Source: Paragordius varius
Lineage: Eukaryota; Animalia; Nematomorpha
DNA length: 64,000 nucleotides
Direction: 5' to 3'
Assembly: GCA_964247055.1 (NCBI GenBank)
Contig: OZ176055.1
Coordinates: 2,046,001 to 2,110,000, forward strand
Shown: positions 1 through 14,200 of the stretch, one piece after another
How the letters are laid out: each line of letters starts with the position of its first letter
How positions within the stretch are numbered: the first letter of the stretch is position 1
Translations under genes and position numbers: made by a program
The notes under the pieces: model-generated
What the model saw: the letters and a program-made list of their open reading frames with translations, nothing else
The model's database searches: none
What the model was told of the DNA's origin: nothing

Positions 1-48
1 TTAATTTTTTTTTAAATTTTTTGTACATTTCTTCAAATATTTATTAAG

Positions 49-2409
49 GTCAATACTTTAAAAAAATGGGTTTCGATCAAACGGTCAATTGGGTTTATTG
101 TTCCCCCTCACTCAGATGTATTCAAACCATCCATTACGTTTTAAAAGGTTTTTTTTCTTGTTTTTATAAGTTTTATGTTGCAAAAATATTTATATTTATA
201 GTAAGAAATAATATAAGGCCTACGAAATTTTATTTAATATACTTCAATTTTTCTATATATAAATTTTGGTTGATAAATTTTAACACTTAATACGTAAAAT
301 TTATCTCATTCTAAAACATCCATTATATTGTATACAGGTTTGGGATTAGATGAAGCCCTTAAAATTAAAATTGAACCGGCTTTGTTTGAATGGTTTGGTT
401 GGTATCGAGATTACTGTCCAACTTTTATGTCACCACAAAGGCTAAAAAATTGTGGGTTTAACATTGACACTGATTATGCTTCTTTGGTCAATTTTATTAT
501 TTTTCAATTTTTTTCATAAAAACTACTTAGTAAAAATTGAAATTATATGGACAATATTAGAGTAAAAATTTAAAGAATCATTTTAAAATAAGACAAATTA
601 GTTTTTCATTTAATAAATTATTTAATTTTTGTTAAATAAGATTAAATTTAGTATTGTTATTGTTTAGAAAAACAATTGTCTCTAATCTGTTGTCTGTACA
701 ACTATATTTTTTACTGTATATATACCATTTACAGTTAAAAATCACCCTTGATTAAATTAAATAACCTTCAAACAATTAGATTTCACCCTTGAACAATTTA
801 AATTCACCCTAAAAATAAATTATGTGTCGGGCTGATATAACTCATTATTAAATGAAATTAGTTATAATTTTGCAGTATTATTAAATTTTTTGACGAAATT
901 TAATTTTATAACAATATTAAAAAAACAGGTTATTTTAAATCTTAAAAACACATAATTTATTTAGGGTGAATTTGAATTGATAGAGGGTAATTGAACTTTA
1001 AATTATATTTATGTATATGTTAACATTTCTTAGTTTTTTCAACATTATAAATATGAATATTTGCTTGACTTAGGTTTTAATCATATAAACATACATATTT
1101 TATTCAAATGATATAGCTCATTGATGTTAAATATGATCCACATGAATCTTTGGAAACATACTATAATAGGGGAGAAAAATTCATGAGAATCCTGGCCAAA
1201 AAACATGATAAACAAGGTATTATTTAAATGTTCTAAATGTTTATAATAAATGTCCATCTTTTGATTTTATTGAATATATTTCCGTTAAATAAAATATATA
1301 TATCTAAAATTGGAAAAACATGGTTTATATCAAAGCAATAATCAAAGTTTGATATTGATTAGTTTTGAATTGTGTACTAAACTCTTGTCTTTCCATATGT
1401 GAAATTTTGATGGTTGAAAATTACATGGCTTCTATCCGCGACCCTTTTTTATTTGTATTAATATTAATTTTAGTAATATTAAATAAAAAATTAATATTCG
1501 AATATTATTTTAAAATCAGAAAAATGGATTTGGTTTTAATGATTGTTTTTAGCTCATTATGAAGTAGGCATTTAAGTACTATTGGGAAGTTGATTATAGC
1601 TAAAAGACTAGGACTTTGTTAATAGATGTTAACATTACATTATAGGGGGTGTTTATAATTACAGTAAAAACAGATATTCACGAACAAAACGTAAAAATAT
1701 ATGGACAAATGTTTTTTAAACCAACCATACTTTTAATTTTAAAATTACAATTTTAAATATATATATATATATATATATATTTGATTGTGTCACCAATATA
1801 CATCAATTCTATAATTTACAATTTGAAACAATGAGTTATATTTTAAAAATTATTTTTTAAAAACGTATAGTTGTCTAAAAAGTTGTCTTTATATTTTTAC
1901 GTTTTGTCCGTATAATTTCAATTTTTACTGTAAAAGACAATGAGGACAGGGTTCACTGTTAATGTTTTTTGATTAAATAAATAAATAATTTACCACCAAT
2001 CTTTTATCTTCCATCCTCTATTCCCTAAAATTTTACCTCATATTATTTTTAATCTTCATTTTTTCTTCGTAAACTACACATAGATGGAGATGTTATGATA
2101 GGAGGTCATGGAGCCACGCTTGATGTTAACACTCGAACACTGTTGAATAAACCAATGCTGAGTTATGCCGATTTTCATGCCCTGCTCTTAAAAACGCCCT
2201 ACCTTTCTTGCACACGGATAGATGAACTTAGAGATAATTCGTGGGCTTGGCCCGAACCTAGAATCCCTCCATCCCTCCCTATGACTTATTTGGGAAATAT
2301 TTCGTACGATTACAGAGTCCTCATGGGTTATAACGGAGATGAGTTGAATCAAAATGCTACACCTTTAAATGCCTCAACGAATATATCTCCAAAATCTGAA
2401 AGAAAATGA
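49..2409 (+). CDS. UBASH3: UBASH3/Sts-like (ecdysteroid-phosphate-phosphatase-like) histidine phosphatase, 3' part; the 5' exons lie outside the window
   Basis: Exons 49-147, 338-486, 1117-1216 and 2084-2409 are joined by GT-AG introns in consistent phase. They give VYCSPSLRCIQT..LKIKIEPALFEW..IDTDYASL..ESLETYYNRG..VMIGGHGATLD..KTPYL..IPPSLPMTY, which matches the Sts phosphatase domain as I recall it (CSPSLRCVQT, IRVEPGLFEW, AHASSLE, KIPYL). Confidence 0.85.
528..716. mobile_element. MITE family B (TA|CAGTAAAAA terminal inverted repeats), degenerate copy
   Basis: Left arm tagtaaaaattgaaattatatggacaa and right arm ttgtctgtac..ttttttactg|ta; same arms as the copies at 1662 and 35720. Confidence 0.55.
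723..1005. mobile_element. MITE family A (TACCATTTACA ends, arrays of about 21-bp AACAATTCAAATTCACCCT subrepeats)
   Basis: Inverted arms ttcacccttgaacaatttaaattcaccctaaaaataaattatgtg / cacataatttatttagggtgaatttgaatt; abuts the family B copy. Confidence 0.7.
1662..1930. mobile_element. MITE family B, Tc1/mariner-like ends
   Basis: ta|cagtaaaaa..gaacaaaacgtaaaaatat ... atatttttacgttttgtccgtataatttcaatttttactg|ta; TA on both flanks. Confidence 0.7.
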
Positions 2410-2952
2410 AAAATTATTTGTTAATCACATTGAACGCGAAAATTATATACCTTGATAGAATCTTAATATTTAGATATTTGATATCTCCTCTCCCCTCTAA
2501 CTTACAATTAAACAATGCAAAGTTTCACACTAATTAATATTTTTACCATTTTTATGTGGCCCTAAATTTTAAATTGTAAAATGTCGCTTCTTATTATAGT
2601 TCGACGGTGATTTACCAATCATCCTGTTGTTTTATTTCCACAAAAAGTACCCTAGTCTCTTCTCTTGTGATAATTTTAAAGCCATGCTTATTCTCAACAC
2701 AATTATTTAAACGACATTTTTATTATAGGCTCCATATATTATTTAAAGTATACATATATGTAGAATTATCGATGTAAATTAATTATATGATCATAGAATT
2801 GCCCAAAATAATATTTTTGAATAAATTCATATTATTTAGCTAATTTAAAATGTAACCGGAAAAGGCTTTAGTAATAATATAAATCATATATCTTTGTTGG
2901 GGTCTCTTTTCTATCGTATATATAGAACTGAGGTGGAAAATATGATTTTATT

Positions 2953-3109
2953 TACCATTAACAGTTCCAATTGACCCTTAAATAATTCAAATTCACCCTA
3001 AATTATGTGTTTTCGGCCTAATATAACTTATTATTAACAAGAAATATAATATTATGGCATAGTTTATTATTTTTTTAGTATTATTTAATTTTGAACATAC
3101 TTTTTTCAA

Positions 3110-3140
<31 letters not shown>

Positions 3141-3210
3141 CCTATTTTTGTATCTCAAAGAACACATAATTTATTTTAGGGTAAATTTAAATTTCGGTGA
3201 ATTTTTGATA
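2953..3210. mobile_element. MITE family A copy
   Basis: taccattaacagttccaattgacccttaaataattcaaattcaccctaaattatgtg ... cacataatttattttagggtaaattt. Confidence 0.65.
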
Positions 3211-5204
3211 TATTAAACAATTTATAAACGAATTCAAATATGTATTTTTTAGTTTGCTAATACAAGATTTGAAAAGATGTAATGTATAACAACCCGATAA
3301 TTGAACAATTTGAAATAGAGATAGCTCGAAAACATTGATATTAAAAAAACCAAAATTTATTTTTAGCTATTAAGGCATAATATAACTATTTAGAGTTATA
3401 AGCATATCCTCAATTAAGATGCTAGGCTAAAGTAAGAAACTACTCGTTTATTATTTGTCGTGAATGAGTTAAACATTAGTTCTAAAATATACTCAATTTT
3501 TAAAAACCAAGCTTCGAAAATCAAATATTTCTTTTTTAAGTGGCTTTGAGATAATATTACTTTACAATAAATTATAAAAAAATGGTTTTGATTTTGTCAA
3601 TGAGTTTATTTTGAACTTGGTTGTAAATGGCGAAAAATCCTTTTCCCTGCATCTAAATTTTTATTAAAATAGCCATTTTGGATAAAAAAATTATACTAAG
3701 TAATCCTCAAAATCAATTTATATTATAACTTTTCCAATCATTATTTATTTATTATCAATAATATACGTAATCTTTCATACCTTATTTATAATAATAATAA
3801 TATGTTTAAGTGTTTTAACATATCATAAATATTAAATAAATAAGTAAGTATTATATTGTCGTTTTTTGTCAATTCAAGGCGAAATTTACGACAAAAAATG
3901 TGAATGCGTTTTTATTTTTATTATAAATATTTTTTGAGTTTGTGTGTGACATAATAGGCTCATTTATATAATGTAATAATGATATGAAGTTTGTTTTAAA
4001 CGCAATTTTATTTGAAAAAAAATTAAATTTTTAAATAATTTGAATAAATTCAAAATTTTGGGTGTATATTTAAAATAATTTTTGAAAAAAATTGAAAAAA
4101 AGATTCAAAACCAATATTTAACAAACTTATATTATCTAAATTTGTTATAAATAAATAATATACTTAAAAGCAGGTAAAAGGTTAATAGTTTTTTATTAAC
4201 AAGGAATATAATAAAAAGTAATATCATATTAACATTATAAATGTCTCTCTCCTATTTTGGCTTAAAGATATAATATTAAAATATTAATATAAATATATTT
4301 ATGTATGATATACCTTAATTTTTATTTGTTTTTACATATAATATATATTTAATAGGCAAAATTTTTGTTTTACAAATATGTTTTTTAATATATATCTAAG
4401 TTTATGTTTCATATATATATATTTTTTGGGGTTTAACCGAAATGTAAAATTATTGACCGTCCCTTATTTTTAATGCTCCCTATTTTTTTGAAAAATATCC
4501 AAATTTACAAAAAATTTAAAAAACTAACCCCCGTATGAAAAAAATTATCGTTAATTTTGAAATCTCCAGTTTATTTTATTCTAAAACACAAATCAATTAC
4601 TTTTTGAAATCAGAAAAAAACTTTATTAAAAAGTTTTGATAATCGCGCCCAATCTCTTTCTTTCCAATCCATTGAATCCATCCGCTTTTTCCTTACGCTT
4701 TTTTTACAAAAGAAAAAAAAATTATTATTATAATATTTTTGAAAGAAAAATATTCATTATTATTTTTTCTCACCTTTGTTTTATGTTTTTTCTAGTATAT
4801 ACAATACATACATAAAATAAATATTTTTTATTTTATATATATGTGATTTGATCAAAACGCATATATCCAACACACTATTTGGGATATTTTAAACAATTGT
4901 TATAATTAATTAAAACTTTATTATCGAACTTAAAATCCAACTAAAGTTATTATAAAATTAAAATCGAATTGGGAATATCTCAAAACATTATTTTTTAAAA
5001 ATGATATAGCAATCTCCAACATTCAATACAATGCCATAATTCAAATATTCTGCATTTAAATTATTTTATACCATGCTACATTTATGAATCTAAGAACAAG
5101 CATTTTCAATTACCAATTTTGATTTTGACAGCACTAGTTGATCGCATATCTAAAAATTATCTACTCTGTTGTGTGTGCTATTTAGGAGCAAAATTCAAAC
5201 AAAA

Positions 5205-8200
5205 ATGAAACCTTTTAAAATTCAATTATTTCAAATACTAACTGCCCTTATTGCGGTGTTCTGCAATGGGGTTTTGGGCATGGGTTCAAATTCAAGGCGA
5301 AACACTAAGACAGGTAAATTTATTTAATGTTTAAAATGTTTTAAAATCGAAAATATGCTCGTTTTTTCGGAAACATGTTTTCAAATTTTTTAAATAACTT
5401 TTTAAGATTATGCTCTTATATTGATTTTGAATTAAGCTTATTTTATACCCAAATATTTTTGTCCGATTATAGACCTTCAAAAATAAAATAGTAGCTTATA
5501 AATTTGCAAAAAGTTCAACCACCCAATTTCAAATTTTAATATAATTTTATATTAATTTTTTAAATTAAAATTAGTATATAAGATTTTTATCTACAATAAA
5601 TGCAAAATAAACGTTTTTCAATGACAGATAAGACAAACTGACAAAAATTATAACACAAATCTAAAAGCAATTTTTATTTTTAATTTAATACATTTTCACA
5701 AAATTAATTTAAAGAAACTAAAATCTTATACATTAATATCTTTTTGCGTTATATTGTATAGATAGCTAATCTTTTTACAATAAAATTTAAATTTTTTTTA
5801 TAATAAAATTCATTGTCGTATGACATAGGTTAACGAAACTTTTTGACACGCAGTTAAATTTTTCGTTTTCAAAGGTCAGAACATGATTTTTTGATACCTT
5901 TAGTGGTAATTTTTATTTTTAACTACATAAAATGACAAATGTAATAAAAAATGATCATTTCAAATTTAAATCTAAAAATAATATGGAACCAGTAAAATTT
6001 ATTTTGTTCACAAAGAGATTAAAAAAACACCTAAAATTAATTTTTGAACTCTACAAATTATTAAAATATTTGACCCCATCAGTGATTCATTTTTTATGTT
6101 TGGGTCTGGTATAATCATAAAAAAATTAAAAAGATACAGATAATTATATTTTTTCATTTTACATTTTAAGATTTTCAATTAATATAGGAGAATATATTAC
6201 ACATAAGATTCCTTAAAACAAGTTGCTAAAACTGACAATTAAAATATATATAACCGCTTCAAAATTTTTAGAAAATTTAAAACTTTTAAGAGGTAATTTT
6301 TACAGGTAAAAAAGACAACAAAAGGTTAAATTAAACAGTTTTTTTCCTATCATTTATCATTTAATTTTATTGGTTAATTATGGATGCCATACTTTACTGT
6401 AAAATATTCTTCAAGAAAATTTAATATTTTCTCTCCTAACAAATTGCGCAGTATCTTTTAAAATTTTGTTTATGACTTAACTTACGCGGACAAAATTTTT
6501 ACCTGTGCAATATTAAGGACACATAATTGCGCGTCAATTATTATTATTGATTATGTTTTATTATTTATAAGGTTGTTTTTTTATGACGAATACCTTAGCT
6601 AAGCTAAGTTAGTCATAAAAGTTGTAATTAAATGACACTGAATTAATATATCGATATAATAATACTGCATATTGACTTTAACATTGAAAATACGGCGATG
6701 GATTTTTTAAATTTTTTTGTGAGCATATATATATATATATGTTAACGAATAGTTTGTAATGAAATAAAATATTAAATATTGATGAGAGATGTAAAAAAAT
6801 CTTTTTTTTATCATACTACTATAATCAATATCATTAATTTCTAATGGCATTTTTATAAGGTTATATATGCATGTAAACGATCGATTTTTTGAATAAATTA
6901 ATTCTATGAAAGACCTTTAAAATATATTTATATGTATATTATTTTGACTAACTCATTTGATTAAAGCTGACAATTTATACACATACCGAAAATTATCAAT
7001 AAAAAATATGAAATTACCAGAAATTCATTTCAATAAACTTTTTAAAATCTAAAAACTTGAATTAATTCGCATTGAAACTAATGATCTAAAGATTTATCGA
7101 TCAATAATAATGGTTATGTTAGGCAAAATAATTGGTAGTATGGTTGGGACTCGACCATAACTGTGATCGCTTTTAAAATTAATCATATTTATGTTTCCCA
7201 TGAAATTGATAAAAAAGGTAAAATTAATTTGTTTTTGCATATATAACAAACAATAATTGTCTGTTTTTCCGATTATTTATTATTATATTTAATACCCCAT
7301 GACTTTTGGGGGTAGTTTTGTTTCCAAGAACTATATGAAATTAAATATTTTAAATTTAAGGTCAGCTTAATATGAAAATATACTTCTTTTAGGCACATTA
7401 TACAAAATTTTTTTCCAACAAAGTGCAAAATTGTAAATTTGCATCTCAAACTTTTTACGCCATTTTTTCTATAATTTTTTTTAAATCGCTAATGTAACAG
7501 GCAATCAAATGTATATTATGGTTGAGAAATGTAAATAATTAACTTTGAAAAGCTTCGCTACATTTTATGAGCAAAAACTTGATATTTGATTTAATACAGC
7601 TGTTCATTTCAATCGTCTTTTGCTCCCAATTTTAGGCTCTAGAAATCACATAACTGTAAAATATTAGGCTTTTTATCAACGTGAATACCATATATATTAT
7701 AATTACAGTTTAAGTAAAATAACTTAAACTGTAGTTTATTTACAAAATTGAGTTCTGGGATATCAAAATGTAAACTAGGACAAAAAAGTGAGGAGGTAAT
7801 AAAAGTTTAACCATCTGATGTTTGATTACTTGAAATATTTACATATATCGTTTATATTTCGTTTATATCTCATTTTTTACTAGGGTTGATTATATTAATT
7901 TAATACCATTGTAACCCCTAATTGACCGTTTATAAATATAAAAATTTGGCAATGTACAGAGAAACTTTTTATTAACATAATTTATTATTATTACCTAATG
8001 AGTTAAATATCCCCATTTCTTTTATTTTACACACATTAATTAATTTGTCTATGCTGTTAATTTGATATTCCAATTTAAAAGTAGAATTATAAAAATGTAT
8101 ATTTCTATGATGCTATTAACACTTCGATTTATTGGGGTATCTAAATACCCCAGACTAAATTTAAGTTAGGATTTTTAAAGAAATACTGAAGGAAACGGTC

Positions 8201-11200
8201 CCAATTTAAATTTATGCTTCTATCCTGATAAAAAGTGCAAAATTTTGCCATGGTTTCGATTCCTTTCCATACTCTCTAAAGTATTTGATTTTAAACAGGT
8301 CTAGGGTATCCAACAACCCCAATTTGAATCGATGGACTAAAATGAGTGTGTTGTATCCAAGTGTTAATAATGCTAATCTTCTTCACATGTTTCAAATGTT
8401 TTTTACATATATGTAAAATTTTGGATTAAAAATCTATTTAAAAATGTGATTAATCGTATATGAATAATTCTGCATATAGAGCACTAATAAATCAGCTGTT
8501 TTACAAGATTTATAATTGTTTAAAACCAAATAGCTCATATATGCTTTGTAATGTAAAAAAATTTAGATACAGATTTCATTACAAAAAGTTCCTTCCTATG
8601 ATGGATTATATGATCTTTTGAAATAAGTTTTTTGCATTTTGAAAGGTAAATAATTTGATAAAAACCCGGTTATACATTTTAATAGCAATATCATTGTTGA
8701 ATAGGTTTTACAATTTTTTTGATGAAAACCTCAATAAATATTATCATATGATTTCTTAAAAACGAATTCTTTATGCAATTTATACAAAGTTATCAATCAC
8801 TATTCTTTAAATTTTATTACCCACAGAAAACACCTAACAATTATAATTTTACAGTAAGCACATTTATGTTAACCAATTCATATTATTTTTTGCCTATTGC
8901 CACAACAGTATATGGGCATGGTTAAAATTAAACAATCTTTTTCGTATCTGCAACATTAATTTGCTTTATTATTGACAAGATTTGTTTTATATCATACGCT
9001 ACTGTATTACCAATAAGCCTAATGTTAGTTGTATATAAAACTAAACTTGTTTATATTAATTTTAAATTAAAACCATCATTATAAAATGCGGCATCACTAT
9101 AATAATGTTAATAAAATTTACAAAATGGTTTATCATTTTTGAAATAAGTTCTTGGAATTTTCAATGAATAAGATAAATGAAAAAAACTAAATAATTTGGA
9201 TATATTTTCAAAATATTTAGGGAAATTTATTAATATTACATGATGTTTTACAATTAAAATTTAATTTTTCCAGATAATTTTTCAGCATTTCAAGTCAAAC
9301 TCCTGGTTTTACGTGAAAGTAATTTGCCACTTTTTTATGATTCCGAACTTAAGAACTCAAATTCTGCCAAATTTCAACGCATAGCCGATAAAGCAGAAAA
9401 TGGGGTAAGCTTATATAACCCATTTTTATATTAGAATAATAGATTTTATTTAATTATCATTAATTTTATTAATTTCTTTTTCTATGATTATGGAACTAAA
9501 ATTTTTGAAAATAAAAAATGAAAATTTCCGAAAAATATAAAAGTGTCCAATACCATTGAAATAAATAAAATGTTTATATTTTCCCAATACAAAAAAATTG
9601 GGATAAGGGGCAGTAAGCAATAGGAGGTTTTTGTTTTAAATAATACTAATTTTCTAGGATTCATATTTTCTTACATGGTTACTTAAATAAAATTCATGGT
9701 AATAATTTATGCTATATGGCCACCATTTTTAGCGATTTAATAAATACCCATTATCAGGTTTATGGAAATTTTATCGTTTCATTTCGATTCTTTTCCCAAA
9801 TACGTTTTTGTATATATAAAAAATTCTTATACACCAGATAAATTCAATATTTTGCCCAAATCCACGTAACTGTGATCCCTTATATGTCGGTAGTCAGTTA
9901 CTAAGGTTCGAACCAAGTTTTTCGAGTGACCGAAACGTTCAAATAGTCATTTCTCTGTATTGGAGACAACAGTATAAGGGAGGTGTACAGGGAATGCAAA
10001 AAGTCCTTTACGAATCTCTGGCAGCCAATAATGGATTTTTGGGTTCTACCGATTTATTTGTCGGCCCGATCGAAAGCAGTATGTGTTAGCTATTATTTAC
10101 ATTAGCTTAATTAAAATTATAAGACAAAACAAAGTAAAAAGTAAACGAAAAATATGCGTTTTATTAAAACAAATAATGTTTTATTTCTTTTCCCATTTCA
10201 CAACTCAAACCGATAAATTACATTAAACATAATTTAAGTTTAATTATTTGATTGTCCTAATGTGTAAATATTCGTCTGCTATTTTTTACCTTACAGATGA
10301 TTTTAAGTTCACTCTACTTTAAAACTGAAATTATTATTATTATTGTTAATTTTATTTTATAGTCACGAAATCTTACACTTATGCCATGCCCATCATGAAA
10401 ATAAATGGACAACCAGTTAGTTATTCGAGTGCGCTTGAAGACCCTAATCATCGTCAATACATATTTATTGTGGAAGTTTTTACTACTTCGGTAAATATTT
10501 TCTGTTCTAAATATTTTTAATTTGATAGAGTTTTTATCTTCCAAAGGTTTTTTTATAGGATGAAATTGACGATTACAAATTAATATAAGAGTTTGAGAAT
10601 TAAATAGGTGTGCTTAAGGCAAAAACATTTGAGTTAATTATCGAATCGCACTTATTAAAATATCATTAGTTTTGTAACTTAAGTCCAATGATTAAACATT
10701 AAATCTAATCTCTACCCTTCAACCAAAATCAACCAAACTCTTATCAATATTTATTTTAAGGACACCATTGCTTCTTGCAGTACCTTCCTTGCGAATGTTA
10801 TGTATAATCAATACATTTTTACGAACCTATTTTTTATTGAGTAACTTTTTTGTTTGACAATTTTTTTCTGTTAGATGGATCAACTTTTCCGAAGTTCTCC
10901 CGATTTCGCAAACACATATTTTGGATGCACAGTCAAAGATTTAGATCCTTTACCGCCTCCCCTCAGGCATGGCATATCAGTGACCTATACGATATTTGTT
11001 CTACAAAATTATACGCTTGGTCCCACACTCATCTCAAACTTTATTAAACAACAATTTACATCTCAACCTACTGGCTGTTTATCACGCAATACTCTTTGTA
11101 GCGCTCCAGCCAATAATGGTATGTTAAAAGATTTTTTTCAAAATAAGTTTTTATGAGATTTATAAAACATCCTTAATATTTAGTAGAATAAAATTTGGAA

Positions 11201-14200
11201 TGATTTTATATATTATCTTTTTTATTCGATCGTAAATTTTGTTTAAAGTGTGAAAAAGATATAGTGTCGCGCTAGAAGAATATTTTATGGTTGTAATAAG
11301 ACATTGTTTTATCTTTGTGTCTCCATATAATATTGTAATAATTAGGTGAGAAAAATAGATATTAGGATTCGCTATTTTAAATTTTTTCATCTTTGTTTAA
11401 GGTTAAAGTTACACGGTTACATTAAGTTACCGCACTATCTGAGTCATCAGATTTAAAGGATTTTACAATTTGGTAGATATGTGTTAAAGAAATCATAAAA
11501 AGTAGTGTGGTATTGTTTTTAACCTTTGAATGTTTCCATTTTTTAGAATATGACTTGACAATAAACATTGTGCGTAAAGGATTTAAACCGATGTCATGTC
11601 CCAACAATCAACAAACCCAAGATTATGCCAGGCTAAAATCTCTGTTTGAACAAGGGGTAATAGGCTTATAACGATAATATATTATCCCTTTATTTAATAA
11701 ATTGACAATGTTGTATATCAATTTTTCAAAAAACACTGATTTTTTAAGGTAATATAATTGAAAAAAGGTAAATTCTAACGTACAATATTAAAGCTATTAT
11801 CTTGATTAAAAAGCAAATACATTATTTATTCTCAAGTAAAATGAACAAAAAGTGGTTGCCTTAAAGCAAGGCACTCTTAAAATTATATTTATGGCGCAAA
11901 CTTCTGTAAACGTTAATTATATTTTATGCATTTGGTTCGCAGATGAAACAAGTCATAAACGCAAGCCCAAACATACGCTCATATATAATAAATGTAAGGC
12001 TAAAGGGAGTACGCGATTCCGTAGGTGGTTGTTTATTCAGATATATCGTTACATTACAACCAGCTTACAAGGGTAATGATCAAATCCTTGATTCCGAACT
12101 CTCTAAAACTATCAATAAATGGGGTCGCAATTGCCTCGGTTCTTCCAATCTCTGTGTCGATAAAATACCGGGCGAATGTTCGGTAAAATATTAATTAAAT
12201 TATATCAATGGACAATACGAAAATACTTAGATATAATTTTTTTGAAAAATGCCCTTTGAAATAAAACTCATCATTTTGTGGTGTAACATAAGGAATAGGT
12301 ATTTAAATTGCTAATACACTCACACTTTTATCAAATTGTTATAAATGCAGGAAATACCAAGGTTTAAAAAGTATGGTAGGTTTTAACTAATTTTGTATCT
12401 AATTATTGCATTTTGTCCGTATATTTTTATTTTTTACTGTATATCCAAAACATGTGATTTAGATTTAACCTTAAAATTAAAATAACCGTAAAATAGAACA
12501 ATTATTATTCAAAATAGATTGATTTTTATATACCTATTTTATAGGTCGGAGATCCAACCAGCTGTGGCGATCTTAGCGCAAATCAAGCTTGCGTTCTTGA
12601 AGCCGGACCCAATGGGGTTAAACGAACTGTGTGTCGATGTAAACCAGGGTATGTTAAGACTTCACCACTAGGTCCTTGCTTCCCATCCACTTGTGATATT
12701 AATGGTATGCGGAAATTTTTATTGTTATAAGAACTTTTAGAGCCTTCTTTATATTACAAAACGAGTGGTTTGACTATCATATTAAAACCAAATATATCGC
12801 CTTAAAAACAATGTAGGATTTGAAATTTATTATATATATGTATCCATATAAAATAGATGACAAAAATTCCCATTTTCTTGTTTCAAAACAAGACGGGCAC
12901 AACTCCGGCGTTTGTGGGGGCCGATCCCAAGAGGTTTGTACATTCAACCCTAAAACTGTACAAATGGAGTGTGGTTGTAGCAGAGGTTGGAATTTAAACT
13001 AAAATTAACCATTGTCGTGAGCAAAATATTATGTGAAACTTTTCCAAAAATCAAAACGTTCTATTTACTTCCTTTCTAGGATGGAAACGACTGTCCTCAG
13101 GTGGTCCATGTATCCCAGCTCAATGTGAACTAGGCACCAATGCTGGTTGTTATGCTAATCAAGAATGCTTCCTAAATAATGTTGACCCTCAAAACCCGAG
13201 ACTAGAGTGCCGATGCAAGCCAGGTTTCATTCAACTAAATGAGGGTGGGGCTTGTTTTACCCGCGTATGTGATCCAGGTTTTTTAATTTATCTTTAAGGT
13301 TTAATTTAAATGATTCATATATGTGGCATATATCGTAGGTTAGAGGTATCTAAGACTCAGGGTTTTATCACCTATTTTATAACAAAATTTAGTTTTAACA
13401 TTATTAGCTATGTATCGTATATTTTAATTACCACACTCTAAAAAGTTTTTTAAATGGGTAGGTTATATTATGATTATAGCATGTGGGAATTTAGATGTAG
13501 CATAGGACAGTATGGGTTGAAATATAAACTTCTTTTGTTTTATTGAATAAGGGTTGTCATTATAATCTCGTCTTTGATATAATACAATTTTGGTAAAAAT
13601 ATACATTTCAAAATGTCATGTTTGTAATGTTTTAACCGATAATCATACTATCATATCTAATCCGATTTGCGTAATTTCCATATTTATGCTCATTATATAG
13701 GCACAAACAATGGTTGTGGTCCGAACGAAATTTGTCGTTATGATCCTAAACAGCACAGACAACCAGTTTGTGAATGCTCGCCCGGTTTTTATCGCATAAC
13801 ATCAAACCATCTCCCAAGCAGTAGTGGAGGTTTAACATCAGCTAGTGGTAGATGGGATGTAGGACGCGGTCGTAAAGACACCACTAAAGGCATAAGCGTT
13901 TGTGTTCAAGGCCTATGTGACCCAATACAAAATACAGGATGCCGTGGACCTAATGAAGTCTGCACCTTCAGTAATTCGCTCAGCAGTAGCTTTTCCGATG
14001 ATTCTGGCCACCATGGAAAGAAAACTTCTTCCCGCAATACCGCAACAACTAAGTTACAAATTTATTGTGCATGTGAATTTGGATTTATACGAACGCATGT
14101 CGATGCGCCCTGCCTACGAAATCTATGCGATCCCAGGACTCATGCAGGTTGCCAGAAAAATCAGGTTTGTGTCCTTAACACAGCTAGTAATCAATATGAA

